64,000 nucleotides of DNA from Candidatus Latescibacterota bacterium. Its GTDB lineage: Bacteria; Latescibacterota; UBA2968; UBA8231. Where the stretch lies: NCBI GenBank assembly GCA_963422735.1, contig OY730476.1, positions 1,792,001 to 1,856,000 on the forward strand, read 5' to 3'. The translations under genes were made by a program, and so were the position numbers. The notes under the pieces were generated by a model that searched no databases, had not been told where the DNA came from, and saw only the letters and a list, made by a program, of their open reading frames with translations. How positions within the stretch are numbered: the stretch's first letter is position 1; every line of letters starts with the position of its first letter. Below, piece after piece: positions 1-9,650 of the stretch.

Positions 1-1539
1 AAGCAGGCGCGTCAGCCACACCCGAAAAAAAGCCGCCAGATTGCTGTATTGCACGCTGTCGTAATAGGGAGGGTCGGTCACTATCACATCTACGGAATGG
101 TCGTCGATGGGCAGGCTCCGCGAATCGCCCTGAATGAGCCAAAAGCGGCTCCGATCGCGCACGAGCTCAGCCTGATTGAAAACCTCAACGCCGTCATCCA
201 CTTCTCCCGATATCTTGACTAACCGCCTTTTGCCGTCTTCCCCAATTTTCCGTTCAACGGGCAATACCGACCACTTGCGCCCTCGCTCAATCCGGTCGCG
301 AAAGAGCAATTGCAGGTTGCCGGATGACTTGCGAGGATTGACCGGGTTGTTCTCCAGTGCCGTGTATTGGAACGAATAGGCATGCAAAGCGAAAACGTGC
401 CGAATCGCGCCCGGACGGCGCTTGTACCAACCCTTGTACCCGCAGAGCATTGCATTGAACTCTAAAGATGTGGACACAAGCATCCCGAGGGTGAGTTTAT
501 CTATGCCCGCGTAGTCGTGCAGTTGCCGAATCACTTGATGCAAGTATAGTAGCTGACGGGATGAAAAAACATCGAGGTACGAACGGACATTGCGTCTTAG
601 CAGGTCGCCGGACTTAGGGCCGTCATGCACCCTGAAATCCTCCAATGGCCCGAAATCCAGTTCGCTGCGCCGCTCGTCGGCCCGCTTGATTCGCGCCAAG
701 TCCGCCTCACTAGGCGAACGGAAAAAGCTGCCGTGATCAGGGCAGGCCGCAACAATCGCAATCGGCGCATAGCGTACATAAAGTGGCAAATCGAGCAGTT
801 CCTCGTACTTCTGACCGCAGCTAGGACACTCCTTTTCGGCTTTGGTAATCAGATTCGCGGCTGCACTGGGAGACAACGTTTCGACGGCGGCTTGCTGCCC
901 ATTTTGATTGCGAAAAATCTCCCCGCTCTCAGGGCAAATGCTGATTTTTGCGTCGTCCTCGTGTCGCAAATCGCACTGGTCAATCTGCACGACATTCCGA
1001 CAAGCGCATTTTTTACGCAGCCCGTGCAGCACATACTGGATATCCACAGTCTGCTCACAGGTAGGACATTCGGTCTGGAAGTAAGGCCCCAAGCTATTGT
1101 GCAGATCGGCGAAGAACCGATTGAAAGCCACTCGCAAACCCGTCAACTCAACCTGCGTAAGCGATGCTCGGGCCTGCACAATCGGGATAGGGTCAATGTC
1201 CGCGCCGATGACGTTCGCGCCGAGGCGAATCGCCTCGTGCAGAGTCGTGCCGCCTCCCATCATTGGGTCAAGCACGGTTATGCCTTCTAGTCCGCCAGGC
1301 GCGTAGTAATCGCGGCACTCGCGGTTGGCCGCAAATTGCTTGAGTATGGTGCGAAACGTGGAACCGCACCGCCGTGCCCACCACTTGTGCAGATACGTGT
1401 TTGGACGAAAGAGATGTTTGTTGAACACCTCCTGACGGGAAAGGTCGTTGACAAATTCCTCGGGAAAGGTGCGATCTATCCCGAGACTGTGTTCCGTTCG
1501 CCACGGGCGAATTAGTTCATTCAGCGTCAATTGGCTCAC
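1..1539 (-). CDS. DUF1156/COG1743-type adenine-specific DNA methyltransferase with Zn-ribbon, 3' partial (runs off the left edge)
   Basis: Absent from the ORF track (no stop inside the window). Translated by hand from GTG at 1539: MSQLTLNELIRPW...NTYLHKWWARR...VLDPMMGGGTT (SAM motif)...VIVTDPPYYDSVQY (catalytic DPPY). GGAGAA lies upstream. Confidence 0.85.
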   Translation of the reverse strand, partial: MSQLTLNELIRPWRTEHSLGIDRTFPEEFVNDLSRQEVFNKHLFRPNTYLHKWWARRCGSTFRTILKQFAANRECRDYYAPGGLEGITVLDPMMGGGTTLHEAIRLGANVIGADIDPIPIVQARASLTQVELTGLRVAFNRFFADLHNSLGPYFQTECPTCEQTVDIQYVLHGLRKKCACRNVVQIDQCDLRHEDDAKISICPESGEIFRNQNGQQAAVETLSPSAAANLITKAEKECPSCGQKYEELLDLPLYVRYAPIAIVAACPDHGSFFRSPSEADLARIKRADERRSELDFGPLEDFRVHDGPKSGDLLRRNVRSYLDVFSSRQLLYLHQVIRQLHDYAGIDKLTLGMLVSTSLEFNAMLCGYKGWYKRRPGAIRHVFALHAYSFQYTALENNPVNPRKSSGNLQLLFRDRIERGRKWSVLPVERKIGEDGKRRLVKISGEVDDGVEVFNQAELVRDRSRFWLIQGDSRSLPIDDHSVDVIVTDPPYYDSVQYSNLAAFFRVWLTRLL

Positions 1540-1740
1540 GTCGCGTACAACTTCTCCGGATGGTGGATTGATTTTTCTAACGATGAGTACTCGGCCATTT
1601 TGCACCCCTCGGCGGACGCACTTGCCATACTTTGCTGTGTGCAATCAATAGGTTGGGAAATTGTTCCATCATCAGTATCCAATAGGATTCGGTAGGTAGA
1701 TGAACAAATATAGCTTCCCGGCGTCATTCTCCGGTGCCTC

Positions 1741-4467
1741 TCAATGCGCCTCTAGCCAGTTTTCGCCCACGCCCATCTCGATTGCTATCGGCACCTGCAT
1801 CGGCAGGGCCTCGCGCATCTCGCGCTCGACTAGAGGCGGTAGGGTCTCTATCTCGTCCCGGTGCAGGTCGAAGACCAACTCGTCGTGGACCTGTAACAGC
1901 ATCGCCGAACGGAACCCTTCCTCGCGGAGTAGCCGGTGGATGCGGCTCATGGCCAGCTTGATCATATCCGCGGCCGTACCCTGAATGCGGGTGTTGATCG
2001 CGTTGCGCTCGGCTCCTTTGCGGGTGGTGGCATTGCGCGAGTTGATATCGCGCAGATAGCGCCGCCGCCCAGTCATCGTCTCGACGTAGCCCTTGTCGCG
2101 GGCGAACTCCACGGTTTCATCGACATAGCGTTGTACCCCGGGGTACTGAGCAAAGTACTGCTCGATCCGCTCGGAGGCCTCCCGGCGGGAGATGTCGAGC
2201 CGCTCGGCCAGTCCAAAGGGCGAGATCCCGTAGATGATGCCGAAGTTGACCGTTTTGGCTTGGCGGCGCATCTGGGCTGTCACTTGGTCTTCTGCGACTT
2301 GGTAGATTTTTGCGGCCGTGGCGACGTGGATGTCACCGCCGCTTTTGAAGGTGTCCAGCATTCCCTCTTCACTACTGAGCGCGGCGGCGATCCGCAGTTC
2401 GATTTGCGAATAGTCGGCCGAGAAGAGCAGGTAGTCGCTGCTGCGCGGGACGAAGGCGCGGCGGATTTCCCGCCCCTGCTCGCTGCGAATGGGAATGTTC
2501 TGGAGGTTCGGGCGGTCGGATTTCATCCGCCCGGTGGCAGTCATTAGCTGTTCGTAGTTGGTGTGGACGCGCCCGGTGGCCTTATAGACCGCGCTGGGTA
2601 GCTGATCGACATACGTTGACTTGAGCTTGGTGTGCAATCGGTAGTCGAGCACCTGCCGCGCGATTTCGTGGCGATGAGCCAGCCGGCGCAAGACCTGTTC
2701 GCCCGTCTGGTACTGGCCGGTCTTCTGCGTCCGCCGCGCATTGGGGTCCAGCGCCAGCTTCTCAAAGAGTACGGTCCCGAGCTGATGGCCCGAATTGAGG
2801 TTGAAACGCTCGCCGGCTAGCTCGAACACGCGCTCGCTGGCTTGCTCAATGGCCGCCTCAAGCTGCTGCGAAAGCGCGGAGAGAGCCGCCGTTTCCATGC
2901 GGATGCCCTCGAACTCCATATCCACTAGCACCGGCAGGAGCGGGGCTTCGATCTCGTAGAAGACTTGGTGCTGCCCCATAGCTTCGATTTTCGGCCGCAG
3001 CGCCGCAGCGAGTTGGAAGGTGATGTCCGCGTCCTCACAGGCGTACTCGGCCACTTGCTCCACCGGCACCTGCAAGAGCGTTAGCTGCTCACCGCCGCGC
3101 TCGCCGATCAGCTCGGATATGGGCTTGGGCGAATAGGAGAGCAGGCTCTTGGCCAGCTCGTCCATGCTGCGTCTCAGCTCTGGCTCGGCCAAGGTCGCCG
3201 CCAGCATCGTGTCGAAGAAAGGCCCCTCCACCCGCACTCCGTGCCAGCGCAATACGGTGAGATCGTACTTGAGGTTGTGGCCGATTTTTTCGCTCGCTCC
3301 ACTTGCAAAGACTGGGAGAAAATCCTCCAAAACGGCCAGCACCTCAGCCCGTGCCCCAAGCAGCGGCACGTAGTGGCCCGTACCCGGTGCCCACGAAAAG
3401 GCCAAGCCAATCAGGCTACACTGCCGGGCGTCGAGACCATCGGTCTCGCAATCAAAGCAAAACACAGGCTGCTCTAAGAGCTCCGCGATCAACGCCCGCC
3501 GCTTGTCAGGCGTATCAACGAGTTGATAGTCGTGCTCTACATCGGCCACCCCTCTAAGCGGGCCGTGGACCGGTTCCTTTTCGGCGCTAAATTCGTCGCC
3601 GAGGAGCCGCCGGCCCAGCGTACGGAATTCGAGCTCGGCGAAGAGGATCTCCAGCTTCTCACGGTCCCATTCGGCCTTGGCCAAATCCGCCAGTCCCACG
3701 TCCAGTGGCACGTTGCACTCGATGGTGACTAGCTCCTTGGAGAGCAGAGCCTGTTCCCGGTATTCTTCTACATTCTGTTTCTGCTTGCCCTTGAGTTGGC
3801 CGGAGTGGGCCAGCAATTCTTCGATGCTGCCGTACTGGGCGATGAGCTTTTGCGCCGTCTTGGGACCGATCTTAGGTACGCCGGGCACATTGTCCGAAGA
3901 ATCGCCCATCAGCCCCAGCACATCAACCACTTGGTCAATCCGCTCAATCTGCCATTGTGCGAGGATTTCCGGCACCCCCAAAACCTCGGCTTCGCCGCCG
4001 CCGCGCCCCGGCTTGTACATAAAGCTCCGCTCGGAAACGAGTTGGCCGTAGTCCTTGTCGGGCGTGACCATGTACGTCGCAAACCCCTCGGCCTCGGCCT
4101 TTTTGGCCAAGGTGCCGATCACGTCGTCGGCTTCCCACCCCGGCTCGCGTAAGACCGGGATATTAAACGCCTCGCAGAGCCGGAATACATAAGGCAGGGC
4201 TTGGCTCAAATCCTCGGGCATCGCCTCGCGCTGGGCTTTGTACTCTTCGTACTTGTGGTGCCGATGCGTAGGCTCAGGCGTGTCGAAGACGACGGCGATA
4301 TGCGTTGGCTCGCACTTTTCGATGATGGAGAGCAAGGTGTTGGCAAAGGCAAAAACGGCTGAAGCGTTCATGCCCTTTGAGGTCAGGCGCGGGTTGCGGA
4401 TCAGGGCAAAGTGGCCCCGATAGACCAACGCCATGCCATCGAGTAGGAAGAGAACTTTTTCGCTCAT
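1741..4467 (-). CDS. polA: DNA polymerase I
   Basis: 5'-3' exonuclease start LLDGMALVYR, 3'-5' exonuclease FDCET, polymerase motifs DYSQIELR, AKTVNFGIIYG and VHDELV. Start trimmed to MSEKV at 4467. Confidence 0.98.
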   Translation of the reverse strand: MSEKVLFLLDGMALVYRGHFALIRNPRLTSKGMNASAVFAFANTLLSIIEKCEPTHIAVVFDTPEPTHRHHKYEEYKAQREAMPEDLSQALPYVFRLCEAFNIPVLREPGWEADDVIGTLAKKAEAEGFATYMVTPDKDYGQLVSERSFMYKPGRGGGEAEVLGVPEILAQWQIERIDQVVDVLGLMGDSSDNVPGVPKIGPKTAQKLIAQYGSIEELLAHSGQLKGKQKQNVEEYREQALLSKELVTIECNVPLDVGLADLAKAEWDREKLEILFAELEFRTLGRRLLGDEFSAEKEPVHGPLRGVADVEHDYQLVDTPDKRRALIAELLEQPVFCFDCETDGLDARQCSLIGLAFSWAPGTGHYVPLLGARAEVLAVLEDFLPVFASGASEKIGHNLKYDLTVLRWHGVRVEGPFFDTMLAATLAEPELRRSMDELAKSLLSYSPKPISELIGERGGEQLTLLQVPVEQVAEYACEDADITFQLAAALRPKIEAMGQHQVFYEIEAPLLPVLVDMEFEGIRMETAALSALSQQLEAAIEQASERVFELAGERFNLNSGHQLGTVLFEKLALDPNARRTQKTGQYQTGEQVLRRLAHRHEIARQVLDYRLHTKLKSTYVDQLPSAVYKATGRVHTNYEQLMTATGRMKSDRPNLQNIPIRSEQGREIRRAFVPRSSDYLLFSADYSQIELRIAAALSSEEGMLDTFKSGGDIHVATAAKIYQVAEDQVTAQMRRQAKTVNFGIIYGISPFGLAERLDISRREASERIEQYFAQYPGVQRYVDETVEFARDKGYVETMTGRRRYLRDINSRNATTRKGAERNAINTRIQGTAADMIKLAMSRIHRLLREEGFRSAMLLQVHDELVFDLHRDEIETLPPLVEREMREALPMQVPIAIEMGVGENWLEAH

Positions 4468-4487
4468 GCAGGATTCTTTCGTCGCGC

Positions 4488-5327
4488 TCAAACGGCTTGG
4501 TTGGCCGCTTCGTAGTATTTGTTGATGCCGGGCACGTCGCTCATCCCGTGCCACACGCCCCGGAAGAGCGTGCGGCGTTTCTGTGGGAACGAGGCGATCA
4601 CTTCGGACGACGGGCAGCCCTTGCCCCACTTGGAATTGACGGTGTCGTAGCAGGTAAACAAGGTCAGCCGGTCTCGCTGCTGGTTGGTCCAGCGCGTACC
4701 CGAATGGCACAGGGCCTCGGTGAAAATCACGGCCGAACCGGCTGGGCAGGTATAGCTCTCCCACAGCGCACTGTCGCGCTGGCTCAGCTCTTTGGGCCGG
4801 GGGAAGGCGGCCTTGTGGCTGCCCGGCAGAAAAAGCGTACCCCCGTCGCCCTCGCCGACTTCGTTGAGTTCCCACACCACTCGCGTCAGCCCGGAATGCA
4901 CTTTACCCGGCTGCATCTGATAGATGTGCGAGTTGCCGCGAAAGTTGAAGTAGCCACCGCCGCCGTGCGGGCCGAAGTTGTCGTGTCCGGCCTGGCGATG
5001 GCTGGTATAGGTATGGTCGTAGCGGAACCCATAGCAGTCTTCGCTGGCCAGCCCTTGATGCGAGAGCACTTCGTTGAGTACGCCCACTACCGCCGGGTGG
5101 TCGAGCAAGATCTGCGACGGGCCGCCGTGATTGTCGCGCTCGGGCGGCGGCAGGGACTCGCGCTCGTAGAGAAACTTATGCTGGTGAGCGCGGATCGGCA
5201 CCAACTCTTCTTCGCTCAACAGCGCAGGCAAGAGGATAAACCCCTTGAGGTCGAAGAAGTACTTCTGGGCCTCGGTCATCGGGATGACATCTCGCCCGTC
5301 GGCATTGGTCGTCGGTAGCAGCTCCAT
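4488..5327 (-). CDS. Phytanoyl-CoA dioxygenase (PhyH) family protein
   Basis: KYFFDLKGFILLP N-terminus, GGTLFLPGSHK, and ALCH distal His. Confidence 0.8.
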   Translation of the reverse strand: MELLPTTNADGRDVIPMTEAQKYFFDLKGFILLPALLSEEELVPIRAHQHKFLYERESLPPPERDNHGGPSQILLDHPAVVGVLNEVLSHQGLASEDCYGFRYDHTYTSHRQAGHDNFGPHGGGGYFNFRGNSHIYQMQPGKVHSGLTRVVWELNEVGEGDGGTLFLPGSHKAAFPRPKELSQRDSALWESYTCPAGSAVIFTEALCHSGTRWTNQQRDRLTLFTCYDTVNSKWGKGCPSSEVIASFPQKRRTLFRGVWHGMSDVPGINKYYEAANQAV

Positions 5328-5333
5328 AACGCC

Positions 5334-6347
5334 TCAGTCCTTCCAGTTGAATATCACATTGAGCATGTTTTTCTCTCGGCGATACGCCATTTCGTAGGCT
5401 TGGACCATGTCCGAGTAATGCAGCCGGTGCGTGACTAGGCGGCTCGGTTGGAGCTTGCCTTCCTGCATAAGCGAGAGCACGTGGGCGCAGCGGCTGTCGT
5501 TGCCAAAGCGATCTCCATCCGGCGGAGGAAAAAGCGACCCAGCCCGGTCGTTGACGGCGCAAAGCGAAACGCCCTTGAAGTAAAACCAACTCATGTCCAG
5601 CGGGTTAAAATCCAGCGGCGCTTCGCCTCGCCCGGGCAAGCTGACGATCGCCACTCGCCCGTTGGACCGGACTACTTCCATGGCCGTGCGATACGCTGGC
5701 CAAGGATTAGCCGTCAGTATCACCAAGTCAATCCCCTGCCCGTGGGTGAACTCGTCCAGCTTGGCCGCTAGCGCAGGGTCGTCCGACAACAGGGCCTCGT
5801 GCGCCCCCATCTGGCGCGCCATGTCCAGCCGCACCGAGCTGTTGCCCAACCCCACGACCCGCGCCCCAAAAAGCGGGCCTAGTGCCACGGCCCCTAGCCC
5901 CAAGACGCCCAATCCCACGACGGCTACGGTCTCGCCGGGCGCGAAAAAAGCCTTGGTATAGCAATGCATGCTCAAGGCGTACAAATGGGCGAATACCGCA
6001 TCTTCGGCTGCAACCCCATCCGGCACGGGTACGATGCTTTCGCTGTCCCGCGCTACGTACGCCGACTGATGGGGATGCCGCGACACCACCCGATCCCCCA
6101 CTGCGAACTTGATAACCTTGCTGCCGACACCTCGCACCACACCTAGGTTGCTGTCGCCCACCCAGCGCGGAAAATCCGGTGCCCCAGGCACCTGTTCGGC
6201 CCCTTCGTAGTTGCCGCGGTCGGTGCCGATCTTAAATCCCGTAATCTCCGTCTCCACCCAAATCTGGTCGTCCTCCAGATTCTCCGTGTCCAGCGTCCGA
6301 TCTTCAATCCGCAAGTCGCGCGGACCGTGCAGCATGGCAATTTTCAT
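5334..6347 (-). CDS. Zinc-binding alcohol dehydrogenase (MDR) family protein
   Basis: Start MKIAMLHGPRDLRIE, Rossmann motif VVGLGVLG, C-terminal VTHRL. Confidence 0.85.
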   Translation of the reverse strand: MKIAMLHGPRDLRIEDRTLDTENLEDDQIWVETEITGFKIGTDRGNYEGAEQVPGAPDFPRWVGDSNLGVVRGVGSKVIKFAVGDRVVSRHPHQSAYVARDSESIVPVPDGVAAEDAVFAHLYALSMHCYTKAFFAPGETVAVVGLGVLGLGAVALGPLFGARVVGLGNSSVRLDMARQMGAHEALLSDDPALAAKLDEFTHGQGIDLVILTANPWPAYRTAMEVVRSNGRVAIVSLPGRGEAPLDFNPLDMSWFYFKGVSLCAVNDRAGSLFPPPDGDRFGNDSRCAHVLSLMQEGKLQPSRLVTHRLHYSDMVQAYEMAYRREKNMLNVIFNWKD

Positions 6348-6366
6348 AGCGCTCTTCCTTTCAATT

Positions 6367-7939
6367 TCAAAGCCCGATCTCGTGGCGCAACGCCTCGGTC
6401 TCGGCGCACCAGTTGCCGACGTTCCAGCGGCCAAAAGCCCCCAAGCTGCCGCGCTCGTCTGGTCCGAAATAAACAGGGAGGTGAATAAGCGACAAGCCGC
6501 CGTGCGCCCGCGCTTGGTCCAACGCTCTCTCCAGCGACTCGGGCGAATACCCACCGCTCAATGCGACCACGCCTTCCACTGCGCTCGCCCAAGCTACGTA
6601 GTCAACGGCCACGCGGTCGCGGGTGCCACACTCGGCCCCGTACTGGGCTAGCTGCAGGCCCGAGATCGCGCCCATCCACCGATTGTCCAACAGCAAGATG
6701 CAACCGGTCGCTCCATGCTCTACGCCGTCAATGAGCACCTGTGGGTTCATGGTGAAAGAGCCATCGCCGCTAATGGCCAATCCGTAGAACGACTCGGCAG
6801 CTACTGCCGTGGCCAACAGCGCCGAGACTGCAAAACCCATATAGCTGGCCCCGGTCTCGGTAAAGGTGAGGCCCAAGCGATCGTCCTCTACTACCTGGAA
6901 GCCGTTGGCCTGCACGTCGCCGGCGTCGAAAAAACACACGGCGTCGCGGGTACGCGCCCAATCCGTGGCCACCTTGATCGCCGTCGGTTGGGTCAGAACC
7001 TCCGCGTCCCACACCTCCTCGTACAGCCGCGTAGTTGCCGCAGATCGATCCTTTGCTGCCGCCAACGGTCATGTTGCGCGGATGGTCGTACGGCAAGACG
7101 CCGGAAACTAAGGGACTGGTCGCCGCTACTGCATCGGCCAGCTCGAGCAATTCGGCCAACTCCGCCCCGGCCCCACGCGCTCCTCCGCCGACCTTGACGA
7201 CGACGCGCTCAGCCGCGGCAATGGCGGCTGCCGCCGCTGCGTGGCGACCCTCATCGGCGGCCGGACCCAACGGCGGCGGTGCGCCCACGGGTGGCTTGTC
7301 CAAATTGAATTGCGCCAGCTCGGCCGGTTGCACGTTGAGCGGCAAGAGTAAGAAAAACGGCCCGGCTTGATGAGGATGCTCCACTGCGTTGAGTCCGCGC
7401 CGGAGCGCAGCGGCAAGTGCCAGCGGCGTGTGCAGCGAGTACGCCCGGCCCACGGTGCCAAACAGCCGCAGGAAGGCGTTTTGTTCGGTCCCAAGGATCT
7501 GCTGCATGTTCGGCCCTTCGTCTTGGGTCGTCTCGTCCCCGAGCAGATACCAGATGCCCAACCCGTCCGAGCGCGGGACCATGGAGGCCGCCAGCGCTTG
7601 CAATGCACCTGGACCAATCGAGGTGACGGGCGCGGCCTTTTCTCCGCGCACCCAGCGCAGGGCCGCGGCCGCATGTGACGCCTCGATTTCGCTGCGCACC
7701 CCACAGACGCGCACTAGCCCCGCGTCCTGATAAATCCGCAACACCTCGCCGATCTCGGTCGAGCCGTGGCCGAAGACGCAAAAGAAGGTCCTGACGCCTT
7801 GCAACCAAAGCCCCAAGACTAACGCCTCGGATACCGTGGTGTCGATGCGGTGGCCCAGCACCCCAAGATCCCCGACTGCGGCGATTTGCTGCGCTCGCTC
7901 CTGCCGCGTCTGTGCTAATTGCGCTGCGGTTGCTTCCAT
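6367..7939 (-). pseudogene. ThDP-dependent enzyme (IolD-like), internally deleted and frameshifted near 7028
   Basis: N-terminal frame has FGHG, SEIEASHAAA, TSIGPGA and GSKGSICGNY. C-terminal frame has DAGDVQ, SYMGFA and the ThDP motif GDGSFTM...DN. The two halves are out of frame. Confidence 0.75.
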
Positions 7940-7941
7940 AG

Positions 7942-8526
7942 TTAGCCGTCCGACAGGTACCCGCAGATACACTCAGCCACCACACGTCCCAATAGCTGCG
8001 ATCCCTCCGCGGTAAAATGCACCCCGTCTTGGGTCAAAAGCCGCGCCTTTCCCTCGCGTTGGACAACGACAAAGAGATCGTCAATCGGCACTCTTAGGTC
8101 CAGCGCCACGGCGCAGGCAGCAGCGTTGTAGGCTTCTACATCAGCCTCCAAGCGGTCGAAGCCCTTATTCTGATGGTGCCAATCCTCGTCCACCGGCGTG
8201 GTGGTGGCCCAGACGACAGCCCCGTTCAACTCGCGTTGCAGTCTTTGGAGTATCTGGCGCACGTTGCGTTCGTATTCGGCCAAGGGAACTTCGGATTCTG
8301 CGCCAAAGACCCTTTTCAAATCGTGTAGCCCACAATTGACGTGTACTATATCTGGTTGGCGTACGAGAATCCACTGATCCAGATGTGCGAGTACATTGCG
8401 ACTATCGCCGCCGTTTTGTTCGGGTGTCCAGACCTCGGCTCGACCCGCCAACTGTCTGACGACATGGTTCTGATAACCCATGCGGATCGAGTCGCCGATT
8501 AGGACGATGAGGGGCAAATTAGCCAT
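7942..8526 (-). CDS. SGNH/GDSL hydrolase
   Basis: GDSI block I, NCGLHD block III, DGVHF block V. Confidence 0.92.
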   Translation of the reverse strand: MANLPLIVLIGDSIRMGYQNHVVRQLAGRAEVWTPEQNGGDSRNVLAHLDQWILVRQPDIVHVNCGLHDLKRVFGAESEVPLAEYERNVRQILQRLQRELNGAVVWATTTPVDEDWHHQNKGFDRLEADVEAYNAAACAVALDLRVPIDDLFVVVQREGKARLLTQDGVHFTAEGSQLLGRVVAECICGYLSDG

Positions 8527-8739
8527 TTCGCCTTTCCTTAGCTTGTGTATCTCTTCAACGGCAAAACAAAATGCTGGCCATCCTGTCCCCAGGCATATAA
8601 CCTAGGCATCGCGTCATCGCGTCTATAGCTGACAAAGAGGACCGCGAAGTTGCGGAACCGCACCCATTCTTCAATCAGGTAGGTAGTGCGGCCGAGGCAG
8701 ACTAAAATCCCTGCTCAACGACCGATTGCAGTCCCTCAG

Positions 8740-9006
8740 TCAGCGCGTCTGGCTCAGCGTTGAAGCCGTAAACCTCTTCTTTTTTTGGCCAGTTTGCGAA
8801 AGTCGCATTCGACTTAGAGCCCGTGCCAAAACTCGTCGGACTGGCCGAAGAACGCGCTAAAGCGGATGGACATTGTAGGGGTTATCGAACGTCTAGCGTG
8901 CCCGTGGGGCGACGCCGATGGCGCAGGCCATGGCATTTTGCGAAATCCCCATGGGTTTGAGGTATTCCTCTAGCAGAATTTCGCCAGGGGTAATTGGATC
9001 ATCCAT
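8740..9006 (-). pseudogene. higA: HigA-type antitoxin relic
   Basis: Hand translation [32 protein letters not shown], then a deletion/stop, then [29 protein letters not shown]. The 3' boundary is approximate. Confidence 0.8.
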
Positions 9007-9037
9007 GTTCACACCCTATGACGTTACAAGGGGCTTG

Positions 9038-9080
9038 TCAATGGTAATCTACAATGGTCACCTGTTCCGGCAATTCATCT
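9038..9080 (-). pseudogene. higB: C-terminal fragment of HigB toxin
   Basis: Reads ...EQVTIVDYH* directly upstream of the higA relic; IVDYH is the typical HigB C-terminus. Confidence 0.65.
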
Positions 9081-9650
9081 GTATTAGCTTTGCTCTGTCG
9101 AAAAGCTTTGGGCATTTTGGAGAATCGTCAAGTGGTGGGTGCTTACTGGCACGTAGCCTTGGCGTATTTGGGCTGTGAATGAGTGCGCCTGAATGACACA
9201 TCCCCATCGGTGCTTGTGTCGAGCCATAGCGCTTTCAATAGGCCACCGCTGATGGTAGTGGGCTTTTTCGGCCGACGATAGGTTGTTTTGGGCCCTTTGC
9301 GCCGGATGCCTCGTTTATTGAGGGCCATCCGCGTTAGGGGCTCGACCGAGCCGGTGATTATGAGCTGCTGGGTGGCTTGGTGCATCAGGGGCGGCAACGG
9401 TGGCACGTCTTGGCTGGGGCCTTGACTGGCCACTGCACCGGTAGCTAAGTGGGAGGCCAGATGGTACGCCAGTGGAAAAGAGTTGGTGTTGTGTGTAGCG
9501 CTAGGGCGAGAATTTGTGCATATAAGCCGGCAGACTCGCTGGGGCTACCTTCAAACTGAGCCGACCTATTTAACGATGAGACAGCTTGTAGTCCTTCGGG
9601 AATTGTGGTGTCATGGCCTGCGTTGCTACCGCCCCCCGGTTCAATGTTGC

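Noticed and set aside
625-1290. 221-aa plus-strand ORF and the many similar antisense ORFs across the window
   Set aside because: These are codon-register shadows of real genes on the opposite strand, common at high GC.
4468-4875. 136-aa N-terminal extension of polA in the ORF track
   Set aside because: It overlaps the PhyH gene in another frame; PolA homology begins at MSEKV (4467).
9143-9433. 96-aa ORF in the islet
   Set aside because: No recognisable motif or RBS; probably degraded DNA.
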